Source: Ancylonema sp. (lineage: Eukaryota). Taken from it: 54,714 nucleotides of DNA. The stretch lies in NCBI GenBank assembly GCA_050230475.1, contig JBFLGF010000209.1:1-54714 (forward strand), written 5' to 3'. The notes beneath the pieces were generated by a model. It saw nothing but the letters and a program-made list of their open reading frames with translations, searched no databases and had not been told where the DNA came from. How positions within the stretch are numbered: position 1 is the stretch's first letter; each line of letters begins with the position of its first letter. The position numbers and the translations under genes are program-made. Shown here piece after piece: positions 12,214 to 38,189 of the stretch.

Positions 12214-14328
12214 ATTCTTCACTGTTAACTGCTTGCTTGCCTGAGCCTTTTATTTGTGAGAGGGAAAAAAAATCGAGTCGGTGCCTGCAGTGGTCGATCT
12301 CGTCGTCAGGAATCAACGGCCGTGATCAACCAACATGTGAACGCGACCTCGAAAAACTTTCCGACTAGCATATCCTCGTACGTAACGAATATACTACACG
12401 TAAGCAGGTAACAAATCTTGGGAATCGAATCAGGATTTCCCATGACACGTGTAAGGCGACCCCGTTGTAACGCACGGTGCCAGAGCAAGCGGAGTAATCG
12501 GAGCGGAGCAAGCGGATGTGCTTTTTGATGCGCTTTGTGTCGAGGAATGTATGACCATGTTAGATACTCTGGCCGCAAATATAATAAGTGCGTAGGTTGC
12601 GATCAAAGTGGCGAAAACGAACCGAATAATATCATCTGCGATTGCTTTATTTATATTTAGAAAATGTGACGAAACGTGATTTATCTCATTCGTGTCACAT
12701 CAGGGTAAAAGTTCCGAAGTGTCGATGAATATAAGTAATTTCAATATAAAGGCACGTACACTTCATTCGTGTCAAATGATACACAAACTCGTCGTCATGA
12801 CGGGATGTGTTTTATAGGGAAAATACACCTCGTTTCCATTGTTCATAATGTTTGTTTATGTTTGGGTGTACTATTGTTATTATCGACACGCATTCATGTA
12901 ACGTCGATGATTCCATTAAAAGTATTGCGGTGTATGCATGATAAGAACATGGAGAGCCTTAGTCCTTGAATGCATACGACATCAAATAAGATATTATTTC
13001 CTTGCGCGTTCTATGTTGGCTTATTCCTCATTTAGTGGCAAGTCTGAATTCATATGGTGCTTCATGTAAGCATCTCCAGATATATTTTCTTAGTGTACAT
13101 GTATTTCATACTATGATTTTCCGTGTTGGTGGTGTTGGCAGCACAAAATTCAGTTTTGGCTCTCTAACTGCATAATTATGTGGCGAGGTGATCCTAATCA
13201 AGATTTTTCCCTTTTACTTTACACCATACCTTTAGTCGATGGCCTCTACTAAATATATTATATTTGGCATAAAGTGCTACCAACATGCAACTACAAGTTT
13301 GGCAAACTTATTTTGTTCAAAATACTTCAAAATTGACTTCAAATGACTTTCTTTCATCTACTGGCTATTGAATCAAGAGTCCAATATTCCTCAAACTGTA
13401 GAAAAGGATGCCTTCGACATATGACAAACATTTAGGCAAGTGAGGCCATATTTTCATGGACTGCGGACCGGGGCCATCCATATCCCGATTTTGTAACGTG
13501 CCGGACGGAGTCCAAAGGTTTCAAGACGATGGAATTTAACTTGTGAAATCGACAATCGAAAGTTGAAAATCGACAATTCACTTGGATGCTAATTCGACGA
13601 ATTTGAAGCAGAATATTCAACTTTGGGGCATCATCTCCCGTTGACTTAAATATCTTGTCGTTGTGATTTTGACTATAAACAACAAAAGGAAGGTTTGTTG
13701 GTGTATGTGACTTATCTCGGGATTGTTAAAAGTTTCTACTCGATGAAGACTTATATTCAATCGCTGAGATAGACTTGAACTTGTGATAAACAACGTTATT
13801 ATCGATCAACAAATCGTAAACACAAATATACTATATGCCGGAGTTGGATCAGTTTACCTTCAGGGAAGTCACTCAAAAATTTATATGCATGAAATTACGG
13901 AAAGTTATGTAGAGCTTCAGACTACGCGAGGTCGTATTTGTTGCACAACAATATCGAATAGTCGAAACGACGTGCTGATCCTATAAATATCATTTACTCA
14001 ATATAAAGTATGTAAATGCAAATGCCAAAATGTAAATAAACGGACTGGTCGGTCATAGCGAAATAAGACCGTACTTCTTAACAAGTGAACATGAAATCTT
14101 GAGTGCTCGATCTAGAATCTACGACTAGCATTCTAGACGGCTCGGCGATGGACTTTGGTAACTTAACAATCTAATATATTTTCGCGCAACTAATTTCACC
14201 GGTAGTATCGATAAGTTAGGGAACTTGGCATAAGCATCTGAATTTGAACACACTATGTGAATTGAGTGGCCTTATAATAAAATAAAAAAACGCACATAAG
14301 CCGGAGTAATGCCGATCGTTGTGTACCA

Positions 14329-17008
14329 CAGGGATGGCAGGTCTAAAAATCCTCTTCGTAATTAGGGGTTTTTAGACCATAATAACAAAAGCATAATAAG
14401 GGTACGTCAGGAGAGCAACCCTAAAAATCCCTAAATATAAAAGTTCAATTTAGGGGCAATTTAGGGATATTTTCCACCTCCAATCATCAATTTAGGGCCT
14501 AATTTGCTCCTCGTCGGGGGGGGGGTGGGGGAATGGAGGCTTCCTACCAAAACTTACTGATAGTCAGTGGCAAGTGACGTGCCGCCATTGCAGATACTTT
14601 GAGAGGACATTGGACGCCATATGTCGGCCCGCTATGAATTTTTGAAGTCTAATCGGGTACTGTCTGCCATGGACTCTAGTAGTGTGGATCTGAGCGACGG
14701 TGACCACCCACCGGGGCGGGCGTACGGATCTGAGTCGGCCAGGGAACTCGGAATTGAGGCTCTTCGGAGGAAATACTATTATGTCTGTCCTTCGCCTCCT
14801 TCCCGAGAAGTCTCGAACGGGTGGGAGAGCTCTAGGCCCTCTATGGGGGCACTTCGCAAGGGGCGGCATGAAAAACAAGTCCCACAATCAAGCTTTTTGC
14901 AACGGATGCGCTACGGTAGGTAAAACAATGCCGATGGAAAATTGTGAATAGTGCAAGGATTCCCATATACCTTTGGAGAGACATATGACCATATTTGATG
15001 CGATGCAAATAACTTCATTTCCATATGACAATAACTGAAAGAATGCGAACATTTTTGTTTCGATCTGCCAGTGATAAAATAGGCTCGCTCTATCAATGTG
15101 GCATAGTCGCAATGTGTTGCGGGGACGGAAACACCCATAGAAGCCCACGTACGAAAGCATAGTTGCACGACTATACAAGCATAGTTGCACGAACCGGCTG
15201 TTTCTTTTTTTTTGGAACCGGTTCCGAGATGGAACCGTTTCGGAACCGGACGACCCGGGATTTTTTTAGGGTTTTACTCCGTCCCGCGGTATAAGTTTTT
15301 TTCCCTCCCTAAAAACGTATGCGGGGGAAATAAATCGTTGTAAATGTTCATGTTGGTGTTAAATTGTGAAAGACTTCACCGGAAAAATATGGCGCGGCCA
15401 TTGTTAGTTTCAATTTGCTTTATTTCGCGCCATGTCGGGACGTGGCGCATTTTCAATGGCAGAAAATAGCACGCGACCTTCCACTATGAAAATCTATAGA
15501 GAAGCAAGGGACGTGCAAGGTAGGAGAATTGAGTAGGAAGAGAGTGGTTATAAATGGAGTGCCGCAGCTTTGAGCACACGATTGAGAGGAAAAAAGACAT
15601 GGAAATTTAAATCACATTTCGAGTGGCAAAACAATACGGGTGACAACATCATGTCGCATTATTTTCACATGGAATCAAAACAAGGAATGGGAATGAGGAA
15701 AGTTATATGGAATGGATTTTATTGGATAATTGAAAAAAGAGTGAAACTGAAACCGGAACTTGTTATATAACTACTTTTACATAAATAACAAGAAAGTGTG
15801 CAGAGAAGTGAGCAAAACAAAGAAATGCACCAAAAGCAGGTGGATACACTCAAGAGAAAAATCGTTTTGAGTTTTTTGAGTTTTTTGTATCAACTGTTTG
15901 ATATTTTTGTTGGAAATACCATGAAGTGGTACACAAAAAAAAACTATTTGTCGATTTTTTCCGAGCCATATAGCCCCTCAAAATGCCGTTTAAGTGGAAA
16001 AATCTTAAATCCCGCGGTTCCGAACCGCGGCCACTTTTGTCGGAACCGGTTCCATCTAAGATCCGGTTCGGAAACGGTTCGGGGTTCGTGCAACTATGTA
16101 CGAAAGTGCGAAAACATGTCCGATAACGAGAAGGCAACCATACTCGCTAAGCTGGGGAAAGAAGTGGGTGGTGAGAAGCGTAAGTTGCCAGGAGAGGGTT
16201 CGAGCGGAAGTGGTAGCAGCAAGCAGTCCAAGTTAGATCTTGTTCCTGTATCCGAGGGTCCCATGAATGAGGCCGCGGTGCAGACGTTCCACAATTTGCT
16301 TCTCAAAGGAACAGTGTCTGCAAATATGCATTTTAGTTGGATTGAAGACCTGTACATCATGGAGGGAGATGTTGATGTAGCAAAATAAGTTTTGTTAGAG
16401 TAGGTTAATTAGCCTTCAATTTCCTTGCACAACTTGTTGTTTACATATTCTACTTTCCCATTTTAAGTGTGATAACCGAAAGTCCCTTATTGGATTATTT
16501 AGACACGTTGGTGCTTGTAGACTAGAAAAGAAGTGCGAATATTTAAAAGATAATGTGGCAATGGATACATTATAAATGACTTCGCAAGGAGCGATGCTTT
16601 CAATCGTTATGTCTTTGTTTTTCACTTCAACTTTGTTTTTTTTTTTGAAACTTTTAGACGACACTTTTAATTTCTCCACACACGCTCACAAACACGCTCA
16701 AATATGTATTGGAAAAAACTGTATGATGTAGGAGATGAAACATGCATGATATAGTAAATGTGGTTGCATGTGGGCCCTTTCAAAAGTGGAGAGTACCGTT
16801 TTCTCTAATCATTTGGAATTTATGCGTCAAACACAATAATACATTGGAATGGATAGTTTTTAGGGGCACCATTGTGTTTAAAACTATCGAATGACCAAAA
16901 AAAACATGTTTACCTTAGCAATTTAGCAATTTAGGTCCAGCCCCTAATTAGGGTTTTTTAGTTAATAACCCCCCAGAGGGCAATTTAGGGCCTAAATTGC
17001 CATCCCTG
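14329..17008 (+). mobile_element. Non-autonomous hAT DNA transposon (deletion derivative with BED-finger/N-terminal transposase remnant)
   Basis: TIR CAGGGATGGCA (14329-14339) / TGCCATCCCTG (16998-17008); 8-bp TSD GTGTACCA (14321-14328 and 17009-17016); subterminal ATTTAGGG/CCCTAAA repeats; remnant coding WQVTCRHC...IEAHVRKC...SKQSKLD...FHNLLLKGTVSANMHFSWIED. Confidence 0.88.
15158..16098. mobile_element. hAT-type MITE nested in the 14329-17008 element
   Basis: TIR CATAGTTGCACGA / TCGTGCAACTATG; 8-bp TSD TACGAAAG (15150-15157 and 16099-16106); GGAACCGG subterminal repeats at both ends. Confidence 0.88.
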
Positions 17009-18631
17009 GTGTACCATACTCGAAACAAATGTATCATATTATTATGTTATAACATTTATACAATCATTCTAATACTATGTATATCATATATAGTATAATA
17101 ATATCTAAGTGGTATACATTGTATAAAATATTCGACATAGCGGAGAAAAAATCGATGAAAATGAAAATCCTCGATGTAAGTGGATGCTTGATCACCTAAG
17201 AGGGATTTTCTCGAACGTTATAAAATTTCATGACACTTGGACCGAGGTCCGTCATTTTGATTCCCAATCGAAAACATAATCATGAATAAATTTGTCCCGT
17301 GTGTTGTATGAAATTTCAGAAAATGAACATTCTATAAACCCTATCAATGCTACTTTCCCCCACGTAGAAGAAACTTAGGAAGGATTGCCATCCGTCCGGG
17401 TCCCGAGTCTGGAGCCGGACGGATCGCGTTCCAAAAGTTGAATGGTGCAAGTCAACCAAGTCGAACGGTGCAAAATTATTTTTGGTCGTTCTTCTTTGCA
17501 TACATTTGTGCACAACATCTTAGTGTAGCTTTTAAGTGTTTGCCAACTAGTATGCTCCGTACATTCTTAAAAGAATGGACTTGGGCTATGTGAGATCCTT
17601 TGAAGGCATAGTTTGTCACAATCCGATTGGGATTTTTCCAATCCCGCTCCGATTCGGATCGGAGGTGCCAAACAATAGGTGAAAATCAATGGGGAAATTC
17701 ATACACATATTCACTACAACGTAAAATCCTCAACACGAGTCTTTTTTTGTTTTTATTATTTTTTTATTTGTTGGGCCCGGTCCGATCGGAATACTTCCGA
17801 TCCCGTGGTAGCCCCATGAAACAAATACAAGGCAGAAGGCACAAGGCACGCCACAAAAGGTGGCAGCTGTCTTTAGTGTTACACAAGGCGCTACTCAAGT
17901 CATATTAAAAAGCACTCACACACCTAGCACCAGTATCTCATTGTCGAGAGCGAGTACGCTGACACATCACGTATTTACATTCGAACAAAGGGACCAAAAT
18001 ATTGAAAGCGTCTTCTCTTCCTCCTCTACTAGCGTTGGTGTGTGTGATGGTCGACACTAATCAAAATTGTGTCTCATCATTCTACGCAACAATCTTGGAA
18101 ATTTGTATCCTCGCCCTACCACATGTGCATACGTTTCAAATCGCAAATCACTCCGTTTTTCAATCTTTCACATGTAAATTTTATACGACAAGGAAACTTG
18201 ATAACACATAATGTGATAACATCTTAGGCTACGTTGCAACCCCACACCTAAACGAATCACCTCGTTTTCGGAAATTCAGATATTTGACCCATGTTTGTGA
18301 TTCGTACAGTCTAAATCCACTAACTCCAGGACACGCAAGTGAGGTACAAGAAAGGCTTCTAACTTGAAGCAGTACGTGGCAAAGTGGCAAAATTATTGGT
18401 GACAAGGAGGGATGTATTCATCTCTTTTATGAATAGTCAAGTACAATGATAGCGAACGAACATAAAGAAGCCTACTACAACAGTTACTATTTCTATCACT
18501 ATTTCCTACTCCTAATTCTTATTCCTCGTATCTTCAAATCCGGTTCTAAGCAATGCGTCGTTTTTTTTGTGCCCCACTCACAAGCACACATATTTTCACG
18601 TGTTTAATGTGTGTAATGTTTATCACGTGCA

Positions 18632-24420
<5,789 letters not shown>

Positions 24421-24913
24421 CAATTTTGTCGAAAAACTACATCACTGTCAAAACGAAGAACCAGCACTACGGCACCCACGAATGCAAAGAGTTATGATTA
24501 CAGATCGCAACAGTATTTGTCACTTCTCCTCTCGGGGATGCTGAGAAGGATGCTTGCGGAGGGGGCAGCTTCCGCACGTGCGAATTGTGTCTGATTGCCC
24601 AAGCACAGGGACGGTTGCCGTACCCGCCAAACCAAACAGCAGGCGATCGATTATAACAGAATAACTACCGTTGTACATGACATGTGTGTAAATGTGTAAG
24701 ATGTGTACGGTTCCGTACGTCAAGTAACATGCGTACAAACCGTACGCTACGTAGCGTACGGTTGAAGGGGGAACATTCGTTATACCAGACCGCACGCACC
24801 ACCGTCCGCTGTAACGGGCAAGGGCACCCGTAAACAGGGCCCTTCAATGGTAGGTGAGCAGAAATGAGACGTTTCTCCACTTCTTCGCATTGAGGTCTTC
24901 GCCGGAGACTTCA
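24421..24913. promoter_or_regulatory. Divergent promoter/5'UTR region between SYP61 and the GGCT-like gene, with a GTAC cluster and 26-bp palindrome
   Basis: Head-to-head genes; seven GTAC cores in 24620-24759; perfect palindrome AACCGTACGCTACGTAGCGTACGGTT at 24738-24763. Confidence 0.5.
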
Positions 24914-30858
<5,945 letters not shown>

Positions 30859-32064
30859 ATGGACATAGACTCAAATCGCAATCATGGAATATGTTCTTAT
30901 ATGGAGGATGAATGCGCTCATAGACTCATGGAATTGCGATCATGGAATATGATGTTATATGGAGGTTTGAGTGTAGATAAAAACGGAAACTAGAGTGTGT
31001 GTTGATGGAACACACACGTGGCAAAGACCCTATTTGATTGTGCGCCCTTTTGGGCTAGTTGTTATTGCCGCAAGAGCATGATGTGGAAAATGTTTTGTGT
31101 TTTTCATACCTCGATTCCATGGTTTGTGTTCTGGTCTGAGAGGACGACTTTTGGGATGGTTGGGATTTAGTATTGTAGATTCATGACTCATACTCATTAT
31201 CTTATGCGTGGATCAAGTAAGGTTTGGGTACTCGTAACCCGAGAGTGTATAGCGCACAAGGGCATTGCGTGCACACCACATCACCTTTACAATAATACCT
31301 GTATACATAAATAATGTCGGGACGGGAAAAAAAAATCAACTAGATCCGGCTGCACCGTACTACTTAGTTCTTTCGGGATTGAGCTTTATTGTTTACATTA
31401 AGGCTTATTTTCCTTTTTTTATATATAATTAAAATGTTAAGCAACTAAGTGTGTGGAGTGTTTACTTAGCTCTCTAGGAAGAGAGCTAAGTCTTGCATTC
31501 GTTCGTCCATCTTTTGATCCGTACAGTTTCCGTCCGTACACCTGTACTTTTTCTGAAATTTTCGAAGTTTTTTCCGCGTTTCTGATTGGCTGTCTGGTCG
31601 GGGATTCGGCGGTCCTAACGTTTCATTGATGACGTGTCATCGTGTGATTGGCTGATTGTTTTTTATTTATTTTTTAAAGCGTGAAATTCTACTTGTTTTT
31701 TTTTTTGTAGGTGTAAGCGGGGGGGCACCAGTGACACCCACTTGACAGGTGTTGAATCGAAACATGCAATTTCATGTGTTAGGCCCTGTGCTACAACCCA
31801 GAATTCCTAATGATTATTTCATTCTACCCTTCATCCTTGTAGGATGTGCTTTATGTGGTTCAATGGCAATGGCGACACATACACACGTCATCGCCAGTGC
31901 CACACACGTTAAAATTTGGAATAAGATGAGCCAGCGTGCGCTTTTCGCGGCGCTCCAGCTGAAGCTCTCAAAAGAAAATGGGCAAAAAAAAAAAACTTCA
32001 TTCTTTTATTATATATGTAAGTATTCTACATTTTTTCATGATTAGCTGGGTGATTGGGTGTCTA

Positions 32065-32075
32065 GCTGGCTGGTG

Positions 32076-32143
<68 letters not shown>

Positions 32144-32410
32144 AGTTGTTTGGCTGGCTGGCTGGTGCATCGCAATTCCAGCTAGCACCAGGACTCTTGC
32201 GGTTCCCTGATTAAAATTTGATTTATTAAATATTTGAGCGAGCCAGCGAGCGTCGATGGGAGCCCATTTATTCTATTATACATTGTTTTCATCCTGGCTG
32301 ACTGGCTGGGTGGCTGGCAAGGTGGCTGGCTGGTTGGCAAGTTGGCAAGTTGGCAAGTTGGCTGGCAAGCTGGCTGGCAAGCTGGCTGGCCTGCTGGCTG
32401 GCAAGCTGGC
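32065..32410. repeat. (GCTG)n microsatellite (32065-32165) and degenerate GCTG/GCAA repeat (32293-32410)
   Basis: Direct reading. Confidence 0.9.
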
Positions 32411-32894
32411 TCGCCGGGTGAATGGGCGAGTGGGTGGCTAGTTCAGACATCTGCAAAATGAAACCCGCAGCAAACAATCGGAATCAATTCGGACGGCACT
32501 TTGGACACGGCATGACTGCGTATCTACAAATTCTGCCGCTTCTTCACGCAGACAAACCTTACTACAGTGGAGGCCAGGCATAGAAGCACCGGAATTACTC
32601 TGTGGCAAAAATCGCAGTCACAAAAAAAAGTGTCAAAAGACCTGAAACTTACATTTCAAATTTTCTGCATTGAGATAATCCAGCGCATGCTTACAAGGGT
32701 GCACGATCAGAATACATTCGGTGAGTACGTTGGACACTGCATGACTGCGAGTCTACAAGAATCAGATCGTTTTGATCCGTTTCAATCTTCAAGCATACAA
32801 AAAAGCCATGCATTAGAGGCTAGGCGTAACGTACTTCGCAAACTGAGCGCGATGAGAGCGAGAACGCGAAAGTTCGAGACGCGAGAGAGAGAAG

Positions 32895-33073
<179 letters not shown>

Positions 33074-33143
33074 AAAAATGAGCCCAGGAATAACGAACGT
33101 CGCATACACTGCATGCTCAAGTTCGAGTCGGGAGGATTCTCAC

Positions 33144-33442
33144 CTGGTGACAGTAGGAGGCTCAAAGCTGCGATCACAGCAATGACGATCGTACCGACTG
33201 CCACTTCTATTCCATCGACGACCACAGCCTACCGTGCTAGTGCACACAACACACTCACTAGCAGAACTGATTTCTGTTAAATCGGCGCAGGAAACGGTGA
33301 GACTCAACTTCCGTTGGAATCCGGAGGTACGATACAAGCCAGCGATACGCGTCGTTGGTGTAGCGACGGGTCTCACGTATATGTACAAATGCGATGCGCA
33401 CCAGATGTAGCTACATTCTGTCCACAGCAACTTGCAGGCCAT
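33144..33442 (-). CDS. Possible exons of a small hydrophobic/membrane protein
   Basis: Candidate exons 33442-33377 and 33273-33144 (strong CAG|GTGAGA donor) encoding AVVVDGIEVAVGTIVIAVIAALSLLLSP; no homologue recognised; further candidate exons lie at 32470-32860. Confidence 0.25.
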
Positions 33443-36400
33443 CAACACGTCTACAGGTTCAGGATTTCCCCGTATTAGTATTATACCGGTACGTGTCCCC
33501 CTGTTCGCGTTCAAACGACAAACCCGACGGGTTAAAACAGAATGTTCGTTACAATGACAACTGTGTAGTCGCGGACATGTACAACGACAATACAACGACA
33601 CGAAAAAAAGTAATAAGGCCGGGTGAAGTTTTGGCGACAAAGCTAAACATGCTTGGTTTTCAACTAAGTAAATTCCTTCTCAGGCCTTCAAGGACGAAAA
33701 GGAAATTTATACTGCGCGATAATCTTTAATCCAAAAAATAGCAAAATAACAAACCCTTAAAGACATGCAAGGTAGGAAATAAAATCATTTATTAGTACAA
33801 AATAAAGATATTAAAAAAAAAGCCCCCCCAAACAAGCCACAACATTGGGGTAAACAATCTTTTGTTGAAAGAATGTCCCTACACCCATTGGGCAACTAAA
33901 CAACCCAAAAAAAAACCGAGAAAAGGCCTACGTCTTAGTATTACAATACATACAAAACATAAAACATACAAACGAACATAAAAAAACTACTAGCGAATAT
34001 AACAACGGAACTAAATATGCACGAGAAATAAAATGAATAACACAAAAGTAAGATTAGAAAAAAAACGCATAATTGATCCAGTACACATAAAACAATCCAA
34101 ATCCGCCAACACATAATATACATGATACCATGGTGAAAGTTCACATCCCATAATGAAAACATAGATCAAGTTAGAATACACTAAGAAAATTAATAATAGC
34201 CGATTAATAATTAGAGTAAATTAAAAAAAAAAACCCAAAAAAACACCCCCATAAAAATAATAATAATACTAATAGTAAACTAAAAAAACTACTATTCAAA
34301 GATTATAACGAGAGAGAAAAAACCATTACAAAAACGTTAGCGTTAACATTGACAAAGACGGAAAAAAATACTCGCAACATTAAGAGCATAAATATCACAA
34401 TTCAGACACTAAAAGCGCATTTGGAGGACGAAATGACCAACAATGTTATTATCAGATAGTAAAAATGATATTTGGCAGGACCCGCCTACAGAGGGAGAGC
34501 TAAGTCCCATGGTGCAACCATTCCTTCGTTAATCAGAAGAAGTCATTTGACGAATAATTAAGCATGAGATATGTGATATGTCGATGTTTTAATTATTCCG
34601 TTGCTAATAATGGTGAAAAGTAAATCGTTTTATTCGATAAAACTTGCAACGTCCAAAATTAGAAATTTCACTTTCGATTCACTTTTGGATGAATAATCGT
34701 TTAACAAAAAATTAAATCCACTTTTAATCACATGAGCATTCAAAAGAAAGTGCCAAATAAGCACAAACAAGGAAAACATTAATAATAACTTTCGTACTTC
34801 AAAAAAAAACAAACAAACAAACAAACCACCATCATTTGTTTTGAAAAATATCCAATCAATAAGGCCACCATACATGAATACGATAAAACAAATGAAGAAA
34901 AAAATCCCAAAAAGTCATGTTTTCCCCGAAAAGCATCAAACCGCACCCAAAATAAACACAATAAAATATACCACATAACATAGTACCAACCTAAGGTAAA
35001 ACAAACAACCGTCCCTATTCACTGGACAAGTCCCGTGGTGCAACCACATCTAGGAAAGATAACCAGGAAGAATGAATAGATGAGTCAAAAAACTAAATGA
35101 GTCTCACGCATTTTTTTCAAAAAAAAAAACGAAAATCAGCCAATCACAAGACGCGTCAACAATTTAAAAAATATCATAGAACTGAACAATCCCGAAAAAG
35201 CAGGCCAATCGGATCAACGCAAACTGCTGACCTTAAATAAAAATACGACCGTATAAATGAAAAATGGTACGGAAACGTCCGAAGCTGGACGTACACATAA
35301 CGACTGAATAACTTCGTTCTTTCTAAAATAAAGAACTAAGTAATTTATGTAGATTATTCATTTACGTTAGATTTTGAGTGAGAGCCCCAAATTGGGCGGA
35401 AGATTTCTATCATATTAGGAAGCTTATAGCAAAGCATTAATTTGCATAGGTTTCACTACAATGTCTTGATTCGACCTAGATCAAAGTTTGATTCACCAAA
35501 AGATATGATCATGATATTTTCCAACCCTTTTTCAACATCTCCGGCCCACACGCTACTAGAGGCACAATGTTGTGGTGCACGTCTTCCCGTTTGCACGTGT
35601 TTGGAACACTTGCGCCTGACCCCAACACGCCACGTGTGCGGAGGGTCCCATGGGGGGCACGGGAGGTTGGACTTACGTTTTTTATAGGCGAGGGGCACAA
35701 TGACATCAATACTTGTTCATTTAAATCAACAAGAGTTTGTCCATAATATTTGATTCATTCCAACTACATGTGTGACGACAACATGCGAATCGCAATTACG
35801 AACAACGCATGCACCGCATACCTCAACACAGGGTGCTTGGCCATCGGTACTTTCAATTTTGTTAATGACGGGCGACACGGGCGAGACGGGCGACTTGCAT
35901 TCATCTCATGTGATTGAGGCGCTAATGTTCCGATTTTATGATGTGTCGCAACATTCGTGTCTGGGTGCATGTATCACTAGGCAAGTATGGCAAAGTCATC
36001 AACGCATTTCTTTGCGTCATACATGAGTCGTATCGGTTTTAGTATACCACAAATTGTAGCGATACTAAAATATGTGTACGATCTTATCATATGTACGCAT
36101 TGTGAAATGATAATCATGGTAATAAGGTCAATCCGTACTTTTGATATTTCCAATTGTAAATCTTCACCATTTCGTAAGGCCGGCGGAAGTAATCGTGGTG
36201 AATTGAATAATGCTTTGTTCGGCACGTTCGAAACAAAATCACGTGTGCAAACTGAATTTTGCATGCTAGATTTATTGGTAGCATGTTTTGAAAATATTCA
36301 ACACGAGACTCCGCACGTGTAAGACTTCAAACGCGTGCATGCAATTTATAACACGTCCTTGGAGAAACATGGCCGCGTACACACACGTAGTTGCTATAGG

Positions 36401-37011
36401 CATGCATGGCCTTTACACACGTCAATCTTTCCATACACTGAGTTCACGATATCAAAATCATCAATTGTGTGGGTTTCTCTAACGTGGATTACGATGCTTG
36501 TATACCGCCCGGGGTAAACCTTTTAAAACAAACATAACTTGAACAAAAGAAATAGGAAAGCAACGACATCGGAAGTTGGAGGATTGAAGATGATAATGTA
36601 CGAATGATACCACAACGCCGAGGGATAAACATTATTGTTGACTATAAGCGAAATATTTACCGTTAGACAATGCAATTTTATCAAAGGTCAGGTTTTGGGG
36701 GGGGGGGGGGGAATGGGTGGATGGGGAAACATTGTGGATGGGGGGCTGGGTTGTCGTTTTGATTTCTAAGGGAGGTATGTGATGATGTTTTTTTTTTGTT
36801 TTTTTTTTGTTTTTGTTTTCATCTTTGGATTCTTCTGTTATGTTGGTGTTTTGGGATTTGTTCTAATGTTCGAGAGGAGCGGAGGATGGTGAGTGCTTTA
36901 TGCCCGAACCCACCTCATTGATTCGAGTGAAGTAGGTTGGGTTAGGATGAGTCGGGGTGGATAGCAATGGGGGCTCGTTCGCCTTGGAGAAGAGACGAAA
37001 TATAGGGTTGA

Positions 37012-37469
37012 TTTTAGGGATGTTACGTGATCGGGGTGCGAGGCAGTGTGATTCTTTCCGTACAAGGAACTTACGTCTCTCAGAAATGATCAATGACAAA
37101 GTATTGAGTTGGAAGAATAATCTTTATTGGTCGGCATCGTGTAGGTATACCACGTTGCCTCGTCCACAACGTGAATCTACAAAGCGTGCCGACGGTCGTG
37201 TCTGCGAACCGTCGGCCTATCATAACTCAACAACAGTCAGATCCTGTCAACGGCACACGCCGGACAGTCTGACAAAACATAACGTCTAGATTCGGAACCA
37301 TCTAGACCGCACGTGCTACAAACGGCACAACCGAAACGGTCATATTCGGGTGCCCGGACATAAGTCCGGCCCCTCATGATAAGCACACCCTAGGAACCCT
37401 ACCGGTTACACTAACCGGCAGTCCGGACTAGCACGCTAGCAAACATGGCTATCCGATATAATTCCAACA
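37012..37469 (-). repeat. 3' LTR of the copia element (458 bp)
   Basis: Direct repeat of 43087-43542; preceded on the minus strand by the polypurine tract at 37478-37470. Confidence 0.95.
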
Positions 37470-38189
37470 CACCCCCTCGGATGCCATGCCAAGTTTGGCA
37501 TTAAGTCAGCACCAAAAGACCACCCTCTCAACAGCTAAGTCATGGCAAGACCATTGCATAGCCGTGGAATAGTAGGGTCTTCTCTAGCATATCAATGTGC
37601 TAGAGGCAATTATCAAAAATCACAGCCGATCGGAAGACGATCGGAAGACGATCGGAAGCCGTTAGCCGTTCGGAAGCCGATCGGAACTCCAGAAGACGAT
37701 CCAGATCCTTAGTCGTTTTTCGGGCCGGAGCCTTGAACATACAAACAAATACCAGTTAGGGTACAAAAATGACAAAACAAGTCAATCTTCTGTAGTTTTT
37801 TTTCTCCGAATAAGTTTTCTCCGAATAACTTGAAAATATGCAAAAGATCAGAACTTCACCATTTTCTTAAAACTTCATAACTTTCTCAATACTTCACCAA
37901 ATCAAACGATATTTTGACCCAACATTTGTAATATGAATGGCAACACTTATGCCAGAATTCATGAACAACTGACAACTCTAGATGCAAACAGATCTGCAAC
38001 TTTTCAGGTGTCCTCAATTGTTTTCAGGGCAGAAAAAGGAGTAGGGTGACTTAGCTGGATAGACGAGCGTTGAGAGCCCTCCACAGGTGCATTCTGCAAG
38101 AAGAATAACAGAAACCCCCTGCCAAACACAGCATGGGCCGAAAATCCCCTAGAACCTAATGTGCACCCCTTTCAGTTAACTCCCAATCT

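Noticed and set aside
17606..17818. Possible MITE with TCCGAT/ATCGGA subterminal words
   Set aside because: Ends too degenerate and no TSD found.
35440..36520. Cluster of short ORFs on both strands
   Set aside because: No recognisable motif or consistent splice model.
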